Positions 1 through 10,143 of a stretch of 60,927 bases of DNA are shown here, piece after piece. The stretch comes from Firmicutes bacterium CAG:238. GTDB lineage: Bacteria; Bacillota; Clostridia; Peptostreptococcales; Anaerovoracaceae. How positions within the stretch are numbered: position 1 is the stretch's first letter; each line of letters begins with the position of its first letter. The stretch lies in NCBI GenBank assembly GCA_000435615.1, contig FR881937.1, positions 1 to 60,927 of the forward strand, read 5' to 3'. The notes under the pieces were generated by a model. That model was not told where the DNA came from. It worked only from the letters and a program-made list of their open reading frames with translations, and did not search any database. A program made the position numbers and the translations under genes.

Positions 1-109
1 GTTATGATTGGAGAACAGCGCTATTCTTTGTAATATTTTACATTGAATGTCATATATTGTCAATACATATTTTTACATTTGCTCGGATGTTTCGGAAGCC
101 CGTAGCAAA

Positions 110-393
110 AATCGCTTCCACCCGTCAAACGGGTGGTTCGCTCGGGGCTATAAGTCCTTATTACCGACCCGCGTCTAAAGGTGCGGGCTTTCACTTTGTT
201 CAAGCCTTATTGTCATTACCACTGTTGCTTGCCCCTCCAAGGGGCTACATTACTTTGTAAAAGGATCTTCATACTCCTTTACGCTTAATTTATCCAAGGC
301 AATGTCATGCTTCTCCTGTTCTCGTATATACTTTCTTATCGTTTCTTCGTTGAGTCCTACTGTACTGACATAACCTTCGACGCGCACCCGCAT
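110..393 (-). mobile_element. tnpA: IS200/IS605-family remnant: C-terminal tnpA fragment (250..393) plus structured right-end region
   Basis: Minus strand 393->250 translates to MRVRVEGYVSTVGLNEETIRKYIREQEKHDIALDKLSVKEYEDPFTK*. This matches the C-terminus of Y1 HUH transposases (GYYVSTVG...KYI.EQE). The HUH-containing N-terminal part is absent. Hairpins lie at 118-136 (CCACCCGT-caa-ACGGGTGG), 166-189 and 231-245. Confidence 0.85.
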
Positions 394-471
394 ATCAAAA
401 TCGATTGTCCTTTAACATAGTACAATCCCACAAGTAATTTTGGATACCCGTTTTTGTTTTTTGTCGAAACA

Positions 472-500
472 TTGCATTTTGAGGGGTAAGGTGCTATACT
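472..500 (+). promoter_or_regulatory. sigma-A type promoter
   Basis: TTGCAT-17 nt-TATACT with extended TGn, upstream of the ATG at 546. Confidence 0.6.
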
Positions 501-545
501 GTGCATAGAAAAAAAGAGAATATTTGAAGGAAAGTATGGGGGAAA

Positions 546-1637
546 ATGGAACAGAAGAAAAAATTCACAGAGCAATTTCGTAATCCAAACGGAGGGTATC
601 ATATCCCAACTTGGCTGATTGTGCTTACTTTTATTTGCGGCGGCTGGCCAATCGGTGTGTGTTTGATTGTAGCAAGGGCTTGTGAAGAAAAAGGTCCTGC
701 CAAGGAAAAGAAGCCGGGCAGTAGGAAGAAAATAAATACGCAGAATATATGGCTTGTTTTAGGAACGGTGCTTATCATTTTCAGCGCAGTGGGACTGCCG
801 GACTCGATTCAATACCTGGTTTGGTGTATGAACAACAACAGCGGCATCAGTTACGCACTTGAAGATTTGATAAGAGATTCCATATGGCTTGTATGCGGAA
901 TTGGGATGCTTTTTATATCGCTGGGGATGCGCTCTGCATCCAAAAAACGCAGACGTATTGTCGCAGTCGTGGGTGATGCGGATCATATTTCAATCGATGA
1001 GGTTGCGGCTGCACTGCCTGCATCCCATAGAAAAACAGCAAAAATGCTGCAGCGCTGCATTGATTTTGGAATGTTTGGTGAGAAGGCATATCTTGATATG
1101 CGCTCCGACTGCCTGGTGGTAAGAGGCGAGGCGCCGATTTCAAAAAAAGCAAAGGCTGAGCAGGAGGCGGCGCAAGCGGCAGCTAGGGCCGCCGCAGAGA
1201 ATCTGGATGAGTACGAAAGAATCCTGAAAGAGCTTCGCGACCTGAACGACCTGATACCGGGCGAGGAAATGAGCGCAAAAATCAGCCGCCTGGAGGATTT
1301 GACAGGCAAGATTTTTAAAATTGCAAAAGAACAACCGAAAAAACTCGGAAGCATGCGGAAATTCATGGATTATTATCTTCCGACAAGCCTGAAGCTGCTT
1401 CGCGGTTATGCGGAGCTTGATGCACAAGGTGTTGAAGGCACGAATATCGGTGACTCCAAACGGAAGATTGAAGACACCATGGACATGATGGTTACGGCTT
1501 TTGAGAAACAACTTGACAAAATGTTCCTTTCCGAGAGCATTGATATTTCAGCGGATATTGCAGCAATGCAGAATCTGATGCGTGCGGACGGATTGGTAGA
1601 AAATGAATTCTTGGAGGAGATACAGAGCGTTGAATAA
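546..1637 (+). CDS. Membrane protein with XpaC-like (5-bromo-4-chloroindolyl phosphate hydrolysis family) C-terminal domain
   Basis: N-terminal TM helices; C-terminal helical domain with KFMDYYLPTSLKLL..Y and AFEKQLDKMF...IDISADI motifs typical of the family. Confidence 0.75.
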   Translation: MEQKKKFTEQFRNPNGGYHIPTWLIVLTFICGGWPIGVCLIVARACEEKGPAKEKKPGSRKKINTQNIWLVLGTVLIIFSAVGLPDSIQYLVWCMNNNSGISYALEDLIRDSIWLVCGIGMLFISLGMRSASKKRRRIVAVVGDADHISIDEVAAALPASHRKTAKMLQRCIDFGMFGEKAYLDMRSDCLVVRGEAPISKKAKAEQEAAQAAARAAAENLDEYERILKELRDLNDLIPGEEMSAKISRLEDLTGKIFKIAKEQPKKLGSMRKFMDYYLPTSLKLLRGYAELDAQGVEGTNIGDSKRKIEDTMDMMVTAFEKQLDKMFLSESIDISADIAAMQNLMRADGLVENEFLEEIQSVE

Positions 1638-3042
1638 GGGAATCAGACAATTTTTGGAAGAACATGCGGCGCTTGAGCCGGTATCCTTTCACATGCCGGG
1701 GCACAAAGGCTCGCGGATTTACCGCGAAAACGGCTACGGAGAGTTTCTGGATATCATCATGGACTGCGATATTACGGAAATTCCGGGAGCGGACAATTTG
1801 TTTCAGACCGAAAGCATCATCGCCGAAACGATGGAAAAATACAGGCAGCTTTATGATGTAAAAAAATCTTACCTTTTGGTAAACGGAAGTTCCGGAGGTC
1901 TGATTTCAGCAATCCTCGCGACGGTAGGCAGGGGGAAAAAACTTGTAATGGCAAGGAACTGCCATAAGTCGGTCTTCAATGCACTGTCGCTTTCGGACAT
2001 CGCGCCGGTGTATGCATATCCGGAGATTATAGATGAATTTGGAGTCCTTGGCGGAGTCAGCGCACAGGAAATCGCAAAGTGTCTGGACGAAAACCAGGAG
2101 GCGGATGCGGTCCTTATTCCATCGCCGAATTACTATGGAATCTGCAGCGATATTAAAGCGATTGCGGATGAAGTACATAAACGCGGAAAAATTTTAATCG
2201 TTGACCAGGCTCACGGTGCGCATCTTAAGTTTTTCTCAAAATACGGTGTATGCGGTTTCCCGCAGGCGGCAGAAGAGCAAGGTGCGGATCTTGTGATAAA
2301 CAGCATACACAAAACACTCGCATCATGGACGCAGAGCGCACTTTTGAATGTCTGCACGGACAGAACGGATCTTAATGTATTGGAAGACAAACTTCAGACG
2401 ATTGAAAGCTCAAGCCCTTCCTATCCGATGATGGCAACGCTTGACATCAGTGCGGACCTTTTGCTCGAAAAAGGAGAGGAATTGATGCGTGCGTGGGCAG
2501 AGAATCTGGACTTTTTCTATGAAGAGGCTAAGAAGATTCCGGGGCTTGTGATTATGGAAGAAGAAACTCTTGACCGCACGAAAATGAACATAGATATGTC
2601 AGCATATAATATTAATGGAAACGAACTTGAAGAACTTTTGATGAAGAGAGGGATTTTTCTTGAGCTTGTTACCGGCAATATCATCATGTGCATGAGCGGA
2701 ATCGGCAATAGACGATGTGACTATGAGCGGCTCATTGAGGGGCTGAAGGCCACTGCTGCCGAGCGGAAAATGAGCGGCGAACGTGAAATGCGGCAGCCGG
2801 AGGCTTTGACAGAGAGATTGGAGAGGACTGAACTTCCGAAAGAGAAAATATATGTGCCGATTGACGAAGCATCTGGGAAGGTCTGTGCCGCTTCGATTAT
2901 TCCGTATCCGCCGGGTGTGCCGATTGCCTGTCCGGGAGAAATTTTGACGGCAGAAGTACTCGAATATGTAAAAGCAAGGCGGGCAGCGGATGAGAAGGTT
3001 ATCGGAATAACAGCAGACGGAAAGGTTTGCGTCGGGAAATAG
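1630..3042 (+). CDS. PLP-dependent Orn/Lys/Arg decarboxylase (YaaO-like)
   Basis: FHMPGHKG, LVNGSS, RNCHKS, DQAHGAH, PLP-lysine motif SIHKT, SSSPSY, PYPPGVP; TTG start chosen after GGAGGA. Confidence 0.9.
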   Translation: MNKGIRQFLEEHAALEPVSFHMPGHKGSRIYRENGYGEFLDIIMDCDITEIPGADNLFQTESIIAETMEKYRQLYDVKKSYLLVNGSSGGLISAILATVGRGKKLVMARNCHKSVFNALSLSDIAPVYAYPEIIDEFGVLGGVSAQEIAKCLDENQEADAVLIPSPNYYGICSDIKAIADEVHKRGKILIVDQAHGAHLKFFSKYGVCGFPQAAEEQGADLVINSIHKTLASWTQSALLNVCTDRTDLNVLEDKLQTIESSSPSYPMMATLDISADLLLEKGEELMRAWAENLDFFYEEAKKIPGLVIMEEETLDRTKMNIDMSAYNINGNELEELLMKRGIFLELVTGNIIMCMSGIGNRRCDYERLIEGLKATAAERKMSGEREMRQPEALTERLERTELPKEKIYVPIDEASGKVCAASIIPYPPGVPIACPGEILTAEVLEYVKARRAADEKVIGITADGKVCVGK

Positions 3043-3053
3043 GATGTATTAAG

Positions 3054-3605
3054 ATGGACGACGAGAGACTGTACAGGCAGTATGTGAACGGAAACCGAGA
3101 TGCGGCGGACATGCTTGTCGATCGGTATGCGGATGCATTGACTCTGTATATTAACGGATTCATAGGAGACATTCATGAGGCGGAGGACTTGATGATAGAA
3201 TCCTTTGCGCTTATTTTTGCAAAGGCAAGGCCGATCCGCGGAGAAAGAGGCTTCAGAGGTTATTTGTACAGAATCGCCAGGAATCTCGCATTCAGGCATA
3301 GAAAGGAGCGAAGAATCCGATTTGTCAGTGTGGAAGACATTCCTTTTGAATTGAGTGAAGAAGCGCTTGCGGAAACGCCGCTTTATCAAGAAGAGAGGAA
3401 GCGTCATTTGTATGAAGCGATGGAAGAACTGAAGAATGAGTATAAGGAAGCCTTGTATCTTGTTTACTTTGAAGAGATGAGCTATAGGCAGGCTGGCGGT
3501 GTAATGGGCAAAACGGAAAGCCAGATTACAAAACTCATCTACAGAGGAAAGCAGAACTTAAAGAAAATTTTGGACCGAAAAGGATTTACATATGAGGACA
3601 AATGA
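3054..3605 (+). CDS. ECF-type RNA polymerase sigma factor
   Basis: Region 2 (AEDLMIESF...YLYRIARN) and region 4 (L..FEEMSYRQAG..MGKTESQITKLIYRG); 183 aa. Confidence 0.9.
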   Translation: MDDERLYRQYVNGNRDAADMLVDRYADALTLYINGFIGDIHEAEDLMIESFALIFAKARPIRGERGFRGYLYRIARNLAFRHRKERRIRFVSVEDIPFELSEEALAETPLYQEERKRHLYEAMEELKNEYKEALYLVYFEEMSYRQAGGVMGKTESQITKLIYRGKQNLKKILDRKGFTYEDK

Positions 3606-3936
3606 AGAACGAAAAGAATTGATATTTGCACGAAGCGAAGAAATCAAGAGACATTCGGAACTGAAAAAAAGAAGAATTAAAAATATAGGAATCACTGCTG
3701 CAGCGGCGTGCATTTGTGTTTTTTTGATGACTGCGGTTTGTGATATTATGCCGGAAATACAGAAGCGTATCGGACAAAGCGAACTGTCGAACATACATGG
3801 AACCGCCAGCCTGATAGGAAACAGCGCGGCGGTCGGGTATATCATCACGGCTGTTTTTGCCTTTGCCTTGGGAGCATGTTTTGCGACGCTCTTATATTAC
3901 ATAAGCAGGAAGAACAAGAGAGCGGAAAGGAAATAG
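3592..3936 (+). CDS. Small membrane protein, putative anti-sigma factor
   Basis: Overlaps the sigma stop; basic N-terminus and two hydrophobic segments. Confidence 0.6.
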   Translation: MRTNEERKELIFARSEEIKRHSELKKRRIKNIGITAAAACICVFLMTAVCDIMPEIQKRIGQSELSNIHGTASLIGNSAAVGYIITAVFAFALGACFATLLYYISRKNKRAERK

Positions 3937-3943
3937 AATTCGT

Positions 3944-4588
3944 ATGAATAGCTTCGAAATCTCGGAAAACACATTTCAGGTTATAGCAATGTTTGCGGGC
4001 ATGACGATAGCGGGGATTGTTGGATTTAAATACAGGAGCAGAAGGGCAATTGTCCTGTCGTGCGCCTATGCGAGTTTTATGCTGGGAACATTGTTCTACA
4101 CTCTGCATATGAACATAATCGGGGATATTCCCCGGATTTTCTATGTGTCGGATATTTCATGGATGGCTTCGTATTTATTTCTGCTCCTGCTGATGTCGAT
4201 GAGAAAAAACAAGTCGGATAAGCCTGTTAGATTTGAGATTCTGCCGGCTGTCATCTCGGCAGTGACCTTTGCAATATCGGTGTACAACGAAATACTGGGG
4301 CCGTCGATTATTATGTCATGCGGCTTCGGAATCATCGCGGGCGGCATCGTATATTATGCGGCTCTGAACATCATGGATGAGAAAAAAGCGGAGCGGGAAA
4401 TTCGCCGCTTAGATGTTGGAGCGGCAGCCGCAATTTTCCTGCAGAATTTGTTGTACTTTGTGTCAGAATACACAACCGATTACACAAGCTTTAATCTATA
4501 CTTTGCAGTGGATATACTTCTCACGCTGAACTATGTCAGCCTTTCCTATTTCCTAGGAAAAGAGGTGAAACAAGATGGCACATATTGA
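3944..4588 (+). CDS. Polytopic membrane protein of unknown function
   Basis: About 7 hydrophobic segments; overlaps the start of the PrsW-family gene. Confidence 0.7.
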   Translation: MNSFEISENTFQVIAMFAGMTIAGIVGFKYRSRRAIVLSCAYASFMLGTLFYTLHMNIIGDIPRIFYVSDISWMASYLFLLLLMSMRKNKSDKPVRFEILPAVISAVTFAISVYNEILGPSIIMSCGFGIIAGGIVYYAALNIMDEKKAEREIRRLDVGAAAAIFLQNLLYFVSEYTTDYTSFNLYFAVDILLTLNYVSLSYFLGKEVKQDGTY

Positions 4589-5216
4589 AAATATTTTTAT
4601 ATGTATAACGGTACCTCTGCTTATTTCCTTGTTCTTCATAAAAGGAAAGCAACGCAGTTTTACGATGTTTATATGTATCGGAATGAGCATCTGCATGGCA
4701 TCGGCGTATGTAAACAGCTTCTTTATGACAATGTATGGGGCAGATGCCGTATCAACAGCGATTCAGATCGCACCTGTGTGTGAGGAAATCATGAAATTGC
4801 TTCCGTTGCTCTTTTTTATATTGATATTTGAACCTAGACCGGGGGAAATAATCCCTGCAGCAATTGCAATTGCTGCAGGATTTGCAACCTTTGAAAATGT
4901 GTGTTACCTTTCGGAAAACGGTGCCGGAGATATCGCTTTGCTTCTTGTAAGGGGGGTGTCGGCGGGTGCGCTGCATATCTTGTGCGGAATTGCCATGGGA
5001 TACGGCATTGCGTATGTGTTTAAGCAGCATTGGCTTGCGGCGGCTGGGACGCTTGGGATACTCGGAGCGAATATTGTTTTTCATGCGATATACAATCTGC
5101 TGGTGACATCGGACAGCGCATGGCAGGAGGTGGGATATATATTCCCTTCGTTATTGATCCTCTGCATCTTTGTGCTGAAGGGGCTTCTCCCCAAAATAAA
5201 TTTGAGACTTGAATAA
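4575..5216 (+). CDS. PrsW-family intramembrane glutamic protease
   Basis: APVCEEIMK, GFATFEN, GALH and FHAIYN motifs of the PrsW family. Confidence 0.88.
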   Translation: MAHIENIFICITVPLLISLFFIKGKQRSFTMFICIGMSICMASAYVNSFFMTMYGADAVSTAIQIAPVCEEIMKLLPLLFFILIFEPRPGEIIPAAIAIAAGFATFENVCYLSENGAGDIALLLVRGVSAGALHILCGIAMGYGIAYVFKQHWLAAAGTLGILGANIVFHAIYNLLVTSDSAWQEVGYIFPSLLILCIFVLKGLLPKINLRLE

Positions 5217-5353
5217 GGCAGCACGAATTATGTGCGATGCGAAACGACTGCGCTTGCGGTTGTTTTTTTTTGGAAAAAGGGTGGAAGTTTTTGCTTGAAT
5301 CGGTCTTTTATATGTTAAAGAGATTTTATTGAAGGGATTTTGCGAAGAAAGGG

Positions 5354-5722
5354 GTGAGAAAATATATGGATCATCGCACGAGAATGAACCGAATACGCAG
5401 CCTGACTGCAGTTTATCGCAGCAGGCATGAAAACAGAGTAATCGCGGCACTTTCGTGCATGTGTGCGGTGCTGCTTGGGGGATTGGGCTTGATACTTAGC
5501 GGTAAAATGAGTCCCGGCCTGTTTATGGTTCAGCAAAATTACGGAGCGGTACTCCTGCGCGGAAGCCAGAAACCATATTTCGTAATCGCACTGCTTGCGT
5601 TCCTCGCAGGAGTGACATTTACGCTGATTTGCATAAAAATAAATCAAAAAACAAGAAGACTCAGAGAGGAGGAAACGAAAGAATGCGAAAGGCAAAACGC
5701 CTCAAACCGGGCGACACAATAG
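5354..5722 (+). CDS. Small membrane protein, paralogue of 3592..3936
   Basis: Same architecture; YFVIALLAFLAGVTFTLICI resembles YIITAVFAFALGACFATLLY. Confidence 0.55.
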   Translation: MRKYMDHRTRMNRIRSLTAVYRSRHENRVIAALSCMCAVLLGGLGLILSGKMSPGLFMVQQNYGAVLLRGSQKPYFVIALLAFLAGVTFTLICIKINQKTRRLREEETKECERQNASNRATQ

Positions 5723-6630
5723 GCGTCGTATCACCGGCCAGTCCTTCTTCGGCACGAAGTGAAGTGACGAGAGCAAAGGAATATCTCGAAAGACTCGGGT
5801 ATCGTGTTGAAGTGGGCATGAATGTAAATCTGAAAAAAGGGTTTACGGCTGCAAGCGAGCAGGAGAGAGCGGATGACATCAATGAGATGTTTGCTCGTCC
5901 TGATATCGATGCGGTCTTCGTTACGCAGGGAGGCTACGGGTCGGCACAGATCATAGATAAAATTGATTTTGAGCAGATACGCAAAACGCCTAAAATTTTC
6001 ACGGGGTTCAGTGATATTACTTCTCTGCATCTTGCCATCCAAAAATTCTGCGATGTTGTAACATTTTACGGGCCGGGAATGACAAGATTCAATGAAGAGG
6101 ATTTGTCCGAGTATACGAAGGAAAGCTTTTTCCGGACACTTACCAATGCGGAGCCTGCAGGCGAAATAAAAAAAGTCAGCCCGAAGAATTGGCTGACGAC
6201 GATTGCAGGAGGCGTATGCGAAGCACCTGTTGTGGGTGGGTGTCTGACACTGATTTGCTCAAGCCTCGGAACACCGTATGAAATCGATTGTAAGGATAAG
6301 ATTTTATTTATTGAAGATGTGGATACGGAGCCATGGATTTTCGACCACATGCTCTGCCATCTTCGCAATGCGGGAAAGCTTGCGGACGCGGCGGGATTCG
6401 TAATCGCACACTGCGAAAACTGCGTTCCGTTTAAGTACGAACCGGGTTTTCTGTGTGACGATTCCATAGAGGATGTGCTCTTATACTACCTGGAGCCGCT
6501 GAAGAAGCCGGCATTGTTCGGACTTCCCATGGGACACGGAGAACATCTGGCGACGCTTCCTCTGGGAGTTATGTGCAGGCTGGATGCAGACCAAAAGACC
6601 TTTACCGTTTTGGAAAACGGAGTAATTTAA
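5683..6630 (+). CDS. S66-family LD-carboxypeptidase (LdcA/MccF-like)
   Basis: LKPGDTIGVVSPAS, GGYG, catalytic GFSDIT (Ser), ILFIEDV (Glu), PMGH (His). Confidence 0.9.
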   Translation: MRKAKRLKPGDTIGVVSPASPSSARSEVTRAKEYLERLGYRVEVGMNVNLKKGFTAASEQERADDINEMFARPDIDAVFVTQGGYGSAQIIDKIDFEQIRKTPKIFTGFSDITSLHLAIQKFCDVVTFYGPGMTRFNEEDLSEYTKESFFRTLTNAEPAGEIKKVSPKNWLTTIAGGVCEAPVVGGCLTLICSSLGTPYEIDCKDKILFIEDVDTEPWIFDHMLCHLRNAGKLADAAGFVIAHCENCVPFKYEPGFLCDDSIEDVLLYYLEPLKKPALFGLPMGHGEHLATLPLGVMCRLDADQKTFTVLENGVI

Positions 6631-6644
6631 TGGAGGAAAAGAAA

Positions 6645-8222
6645 ATGAGAAAACAAAAGAAGCTACTCGCCGTAATACTTTCAATCATTATGATTTTTTC
6701 ACTTGCGGCATGCGGAAACAACTCAAATGACGAAGAGACAATCTTCAATGTTGCGACAAGCGGCGGACACGATACGATGAACTTCTTTACAACAGAAAGT
6801 TCCCTCGTATATGACTGGCTCAATATCCTGTATGATTCTCTGATTGCGTACGATGACGAATACAATGCAATCCCGAGAGCGGCAAAGGACTGGACCGTTT
6901 ACGACGACGGCAAAACCTGGACATTCAACCTCAGAGACGATATTTATTTCTCGGACGGGGAGCAGCTTACTTCTGCGGATGTAAAATGGACTTATGAGCA
7001 TGCAATCGACAGTTATATGTACTCCACTCACGCAGACGGATTTGAGTCCATCGAGTGCCCGGATGAATTTACGGTTGTTTTCAATTGCAGCCACCCGAAG
7101 CCGGATATGCTATACCAGATTATTCCGATTTTGCCGGAACATGTATGGGCAAATGTAGAAGACCCGCTTACATACGAAACTACGGACATTGTCGGTTCCG
7201 GGCCGTTCAGATATGATTCGGCAAGAAGCGGCAGCGGAAGCACGGCATTCGTAAAGAACGGCGAATACTGGGGCGATGTTCCGAAACTCGATGTTTTGGT
7301 ATTCACCAAATATGACAATACGGATGCAATCGCTCAGGCACTGAAACTCGGAGAAGTGGATGCAGCTTATACGCTCGAAATCACGCAGAAAGAAACGCTT
7401 GAGGCGGCAGGCAATATCGATGTACAGACATTCGGAACCTATGATTTTGAATATGTGGGCTACAACCTGCTTGACGATATCTGCAAAGACAAGACAGTAA
7501 GACATGCCATCGACTATTGTATCGACAGAGATACCGTAATCGAAATGAGTTATGCCGGCCTTGCGGAAGTTGCGTACGGTGCGGTAACGCAGAAGGATTA
7601 CAGATATGATCCGGCAGACAAGAGAGATTTCAATATCAAGAAGGCAAACGAGATTCTTGACGCAGCAGGATACAAAGATACAAACGGAGACGGAATCCGT
7701 GAAATGAACGGCAAAAAGCTCAGTCTCGAAGTGATTACAGCTTCTGACAGAAGTTCATGGCAGAGTGCTACGGTTAATATGCTCATCACAAACTGTAAAG
7801 AAGCCGGAATCGAAATAACATGGAACCCGATGGAAAAAACAGCGATGTGGGATACCTGCTATGACGGAAATCCCGGATGGCAGCTCATCATTGACGGCTG
7901 GGGCGGAGACGCTGACCCAGGATTCATAATGTGTATTTTCAGAGACTATGAGGACACAGGATACGCGGGCGTTTCGTATCAGAGCAAAGCATTTGACAAT
8001 ATGTACGCAAAAGTATATCAGACAACCGATCACAAGGAACGCGCAAAATACATAAACGATTGTCAGGAAATTTTATATGAAGACTGTCCGTATTCCTATC
8101 TCTGCTTCCCTGAAGTCATTCAGGCAGTCAATTCCGAAAGATGGAAAGGATACAAAGCAGGGGAGAACGGTTTCTTCGGAAACGAACTCAATTACAACTA
8201 CTGCCACATCGAACTGAAATAA
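6645..8222 (+). CDS. oppA: Peptide ABC transporter substrate-binding lipoprotein (family 5)
   Basis: Lipobox LAAC; LRDDIYFSDGEQLTSADVKWT; VGSGPF; VRHAIDYCIDR. Confidence 0.9.
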   Translation: MRKQKKLLAVILSIIMIFSLAACGNNSNDEETIFNVATSGGHDTMNFFTTESSLVYDWLNILYDSLIAYDDEYNAIPRAAKDWTVYDDGKTWTFNLRDDIYFSDGEQLTSADVKWTYEHAIDSYMYSTHADGFESIECPDEFTVVFNCSHPKPDMLYQIIPILPEHVWANVEDPLTYETTDIVGSGPFRYDSARSGSGSTAFVKNGEYWGDVPKLDVLVFTKYDNTDAIAQALKLGEVDAAYTLEITQKETLEAAGNIDVQTFGTYDFEYVGYNLLDDICKDKTVRHAIDYCIDRDTVIEMSYAGLAEVAYGAVTQKDYRYDPADKRDFNIKKANEILDAAGYKDTNGDGIREMNGKKLSLEVITASDRSSWQSATVNMLITNCKEAGIEITWNPMEKTAMWDTCYDGNPGWQLIIDGWGGDADPGFIMCIFRDYEDTGYAGVSYQSKAFDNMYAKVYQTTDHKERAKYINDCQEILYEDCPYSYLCFPEVIQAVNSERWKGYKAGENGFFGNELNYNYCHIELK

Positions 8223-8253
8223 AGACTGAAATAGATTAAAGGAGGGAGAGGAA

Positions 8254-9222
8254 TTGGCAGCAAGGACTTTGAAGCGATTCATCTTCGCATGTATAACAAT
8301 ATTTTTTGTAATCGCATTTAACTTTTTTCTGTTCAGAGTAATGCCCGGCGATATCAGCACAATCATCGCAAAGGCAACGACATCGGATGCGGTAAAGGAA
8401 AGACTGCTTGCAGAGGCTGGCGTAGACCAGCCCCTGCTTACGCAGTTTTGGATTTATTTAAAGGATTTGCTTACCGGAGACTTCGGCGATTCCTTCTATA
8501 CCTATGACGGAAGTTCGAATGTATGGGAGATTATCGTGGGAAGAATCCCGAACACCGTAATTCTGCTGCTTTGTGCAGAGGTTGTTGCAATCGTACTCGG
8601 ACTTATCGTCGGTGTAGTATGCGCGCAGAAAAGAGGAACAAAACTGGATACAGGACTTCTTTCGGGGTCTTTGGTGCTTTATTCCATGCCGACATTCTGG
8701 TTTGCGATGCTCTTGATTTTCATTTTCTGCGTCGGAATCCAGATATTCCCGACAGGCGGAATCTCGACACCGGGAACGAATTACCACGGATTTATGCTGG
8801 TTCAGGATTATATCAAGCATATGATACTGCCGATGCTCTGCATGGGGCTTTTGATGGTAGGCTGCTATGCGGTAACGATGCGAAGCACCATGATCAACAT
8901 TCTGACAGAAGACTATATCAATACAGCCAGAGCAAAGGGCTTTTCGACGAAGTATATTTTGCTCCATCACGCGATTCCGAATGCGATGGTACCGATGGCT
9001 ACGATTATTGCACTTAACATTGCAGCGATTCTCGGCGGAGCGATTCAGCTTGAAACACTGTTCAGCTGGCAGGGACTGGGGCAGCTCATGTATGACGCTT
9101 TGAACAGGCGTGACTATCCGGTTCTGCAGGGGTGCTTTTTCGTTTCGACGATAGCGGTTGTGCTGGTTAACTTTATCATGGACGTGCTCTACGGATTTAT
9201 CGATCCGAGAGTAAAGAGTTAG
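8254..9222 (+). CDS. oppB: Peptide ABC transporter permease
   Basis: MPGD, GDFGDS, EAA loop EDYINTARAKG, DVLYGFIDPRV. Confidence 0.92.
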   Translation: MAARTLKRFIFACITIFFVIAFNFFLFRVMPGDISTIIAKATTSDAVKERLLAEAGVDQPLLTQFWIYLKDLLTGDFGDSFYTYDGSSNVWEIIVGRIPNTVILLLCAEVVAIVLGLIVGVVCAQKRGTKLDTGLLSGSLVLYSMPTFWFAMLLIFIFCVGIQIFPTGGISTPGTNYHGFMLVQDYIKHMILPMLCMGLLMVGCYAVTMRSTMINILTEDYINTARAKGFSTKYILLHHAIPNAMVPMATIIALNIAAILGGAIQLETLFSWQGLGQLMYDALNRRDYPVLQGCFFVSTIAVVLVNFIMDVLYGFIDPRVKS

Positions 9223-9233
9223 GAGGTTTGGTT

Positions 9234-10133
9234 ATGCGAAAACGATATGAATCGGAGCAGCTCAGACGAAATCTCCGAAAAGTAAAAACAAAAGAATTTC
9301 TAAGAGAAGTATGGTCGAATAAAATGGCGAGAGTCGGAGTCGTTATTATTGCTGTTTTTGCATTAATGGCAATCTTCGGACCGATTTTCATGCCTTTCAA
9401 AACAACCGACATAGCGATAACGAGAACCGCGGTTTTTAACCCGCCTTCGATGGAACATCTGCTGGGAACGGACAATCTGGGAAGAGATGTGCTTGCTTAC
9501 CTTGTAAACGGCTCGAGAAGTTCTCTGTTCGTCGGCCTTACGGCAACCCTCATATCGATGCTGCTGGGAACCGTAATCGGAATTTCCGCGGGTTATATCG
9601 GCGGATGGGTTGACAATCTTCTCATGCGTATTACAGACTTTTTCCTTGTACTGCCTTGGCTGCCGTTCTGTATGGTGCTCGCCTCGATTCTCGGCAACAG
9701 TATCTGGAACATCATTCTGGTAATCGGACTTACCGGATGGTGCGGAACCGCCAGAATCATCCGTGCACAGACACTTTCGGTAAAGGAACAGGCATATGTG
9801 GAAAGAACGAAGTCAATCGGAGCCGGCAAAGGATATATCATGATGAAGCATATCCTGCCGAATGTATTTCCGCTCGTGTTTGCTGAGGCAATTTTAATCG
9901 TATCTTCTTCGATATTGACGGAAACATCGCTTGCTTTTCTTGGCTTAGGCGACCCTACGAACCCAAGCTGGGGAACCATGCTTAACGACGCATACTGCAC
10001 CGGCGCCATGACGGTGGGTGCATGGTGGTACTTTATAACACCGGGCGTCTGCGTTATCCTTGTTGCACTTGGCTTCACGCTTATGGGATATGCATTCGAT
10101 GAAATACTCAATCCGAAGCTGAAAGAAAGATAG
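9234..10133 (+). CDS. oppC: Peptide ABC transporter permease
   Basis: HLLGTDNLGRD, KHILPN, LAFLGLG, PSWGTML. Confidence 0.92.
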   Translation: MRKRYESEQLRRNLRKVKTKEFLREVWSNKMARVGVVIIAVFALMAIFGPIFMPFKTTDIAITRTAVFNPPSMEHLLGTDNLGRDVLAYLVNGSRSSLFVGLTATLISMLLGTVIGISAGYIGGWVDNLLMRITDFFLVLPWLPFCMVLASILGNSIWNIILVIGLTGWCGTARIIRAQTLSVKEQAYVERTKSIGAGKGYIMMKHILPNVFPLVFAEAILIVSSSILTETSLAFLGLGDPTNPSWGTMLNDAYCTGAMTVGAWWYFITPGVCVILVALGFTLMGYAFDEILNPKLKER

Positions 10134-10143
10134 GAGGCCCGGC

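Noticed and set aside
5683..6630. Microcin C immunity/biosynthesis cluster
   Set aside because: No MccA/MccB-like precursor or adenylyltransferase genes
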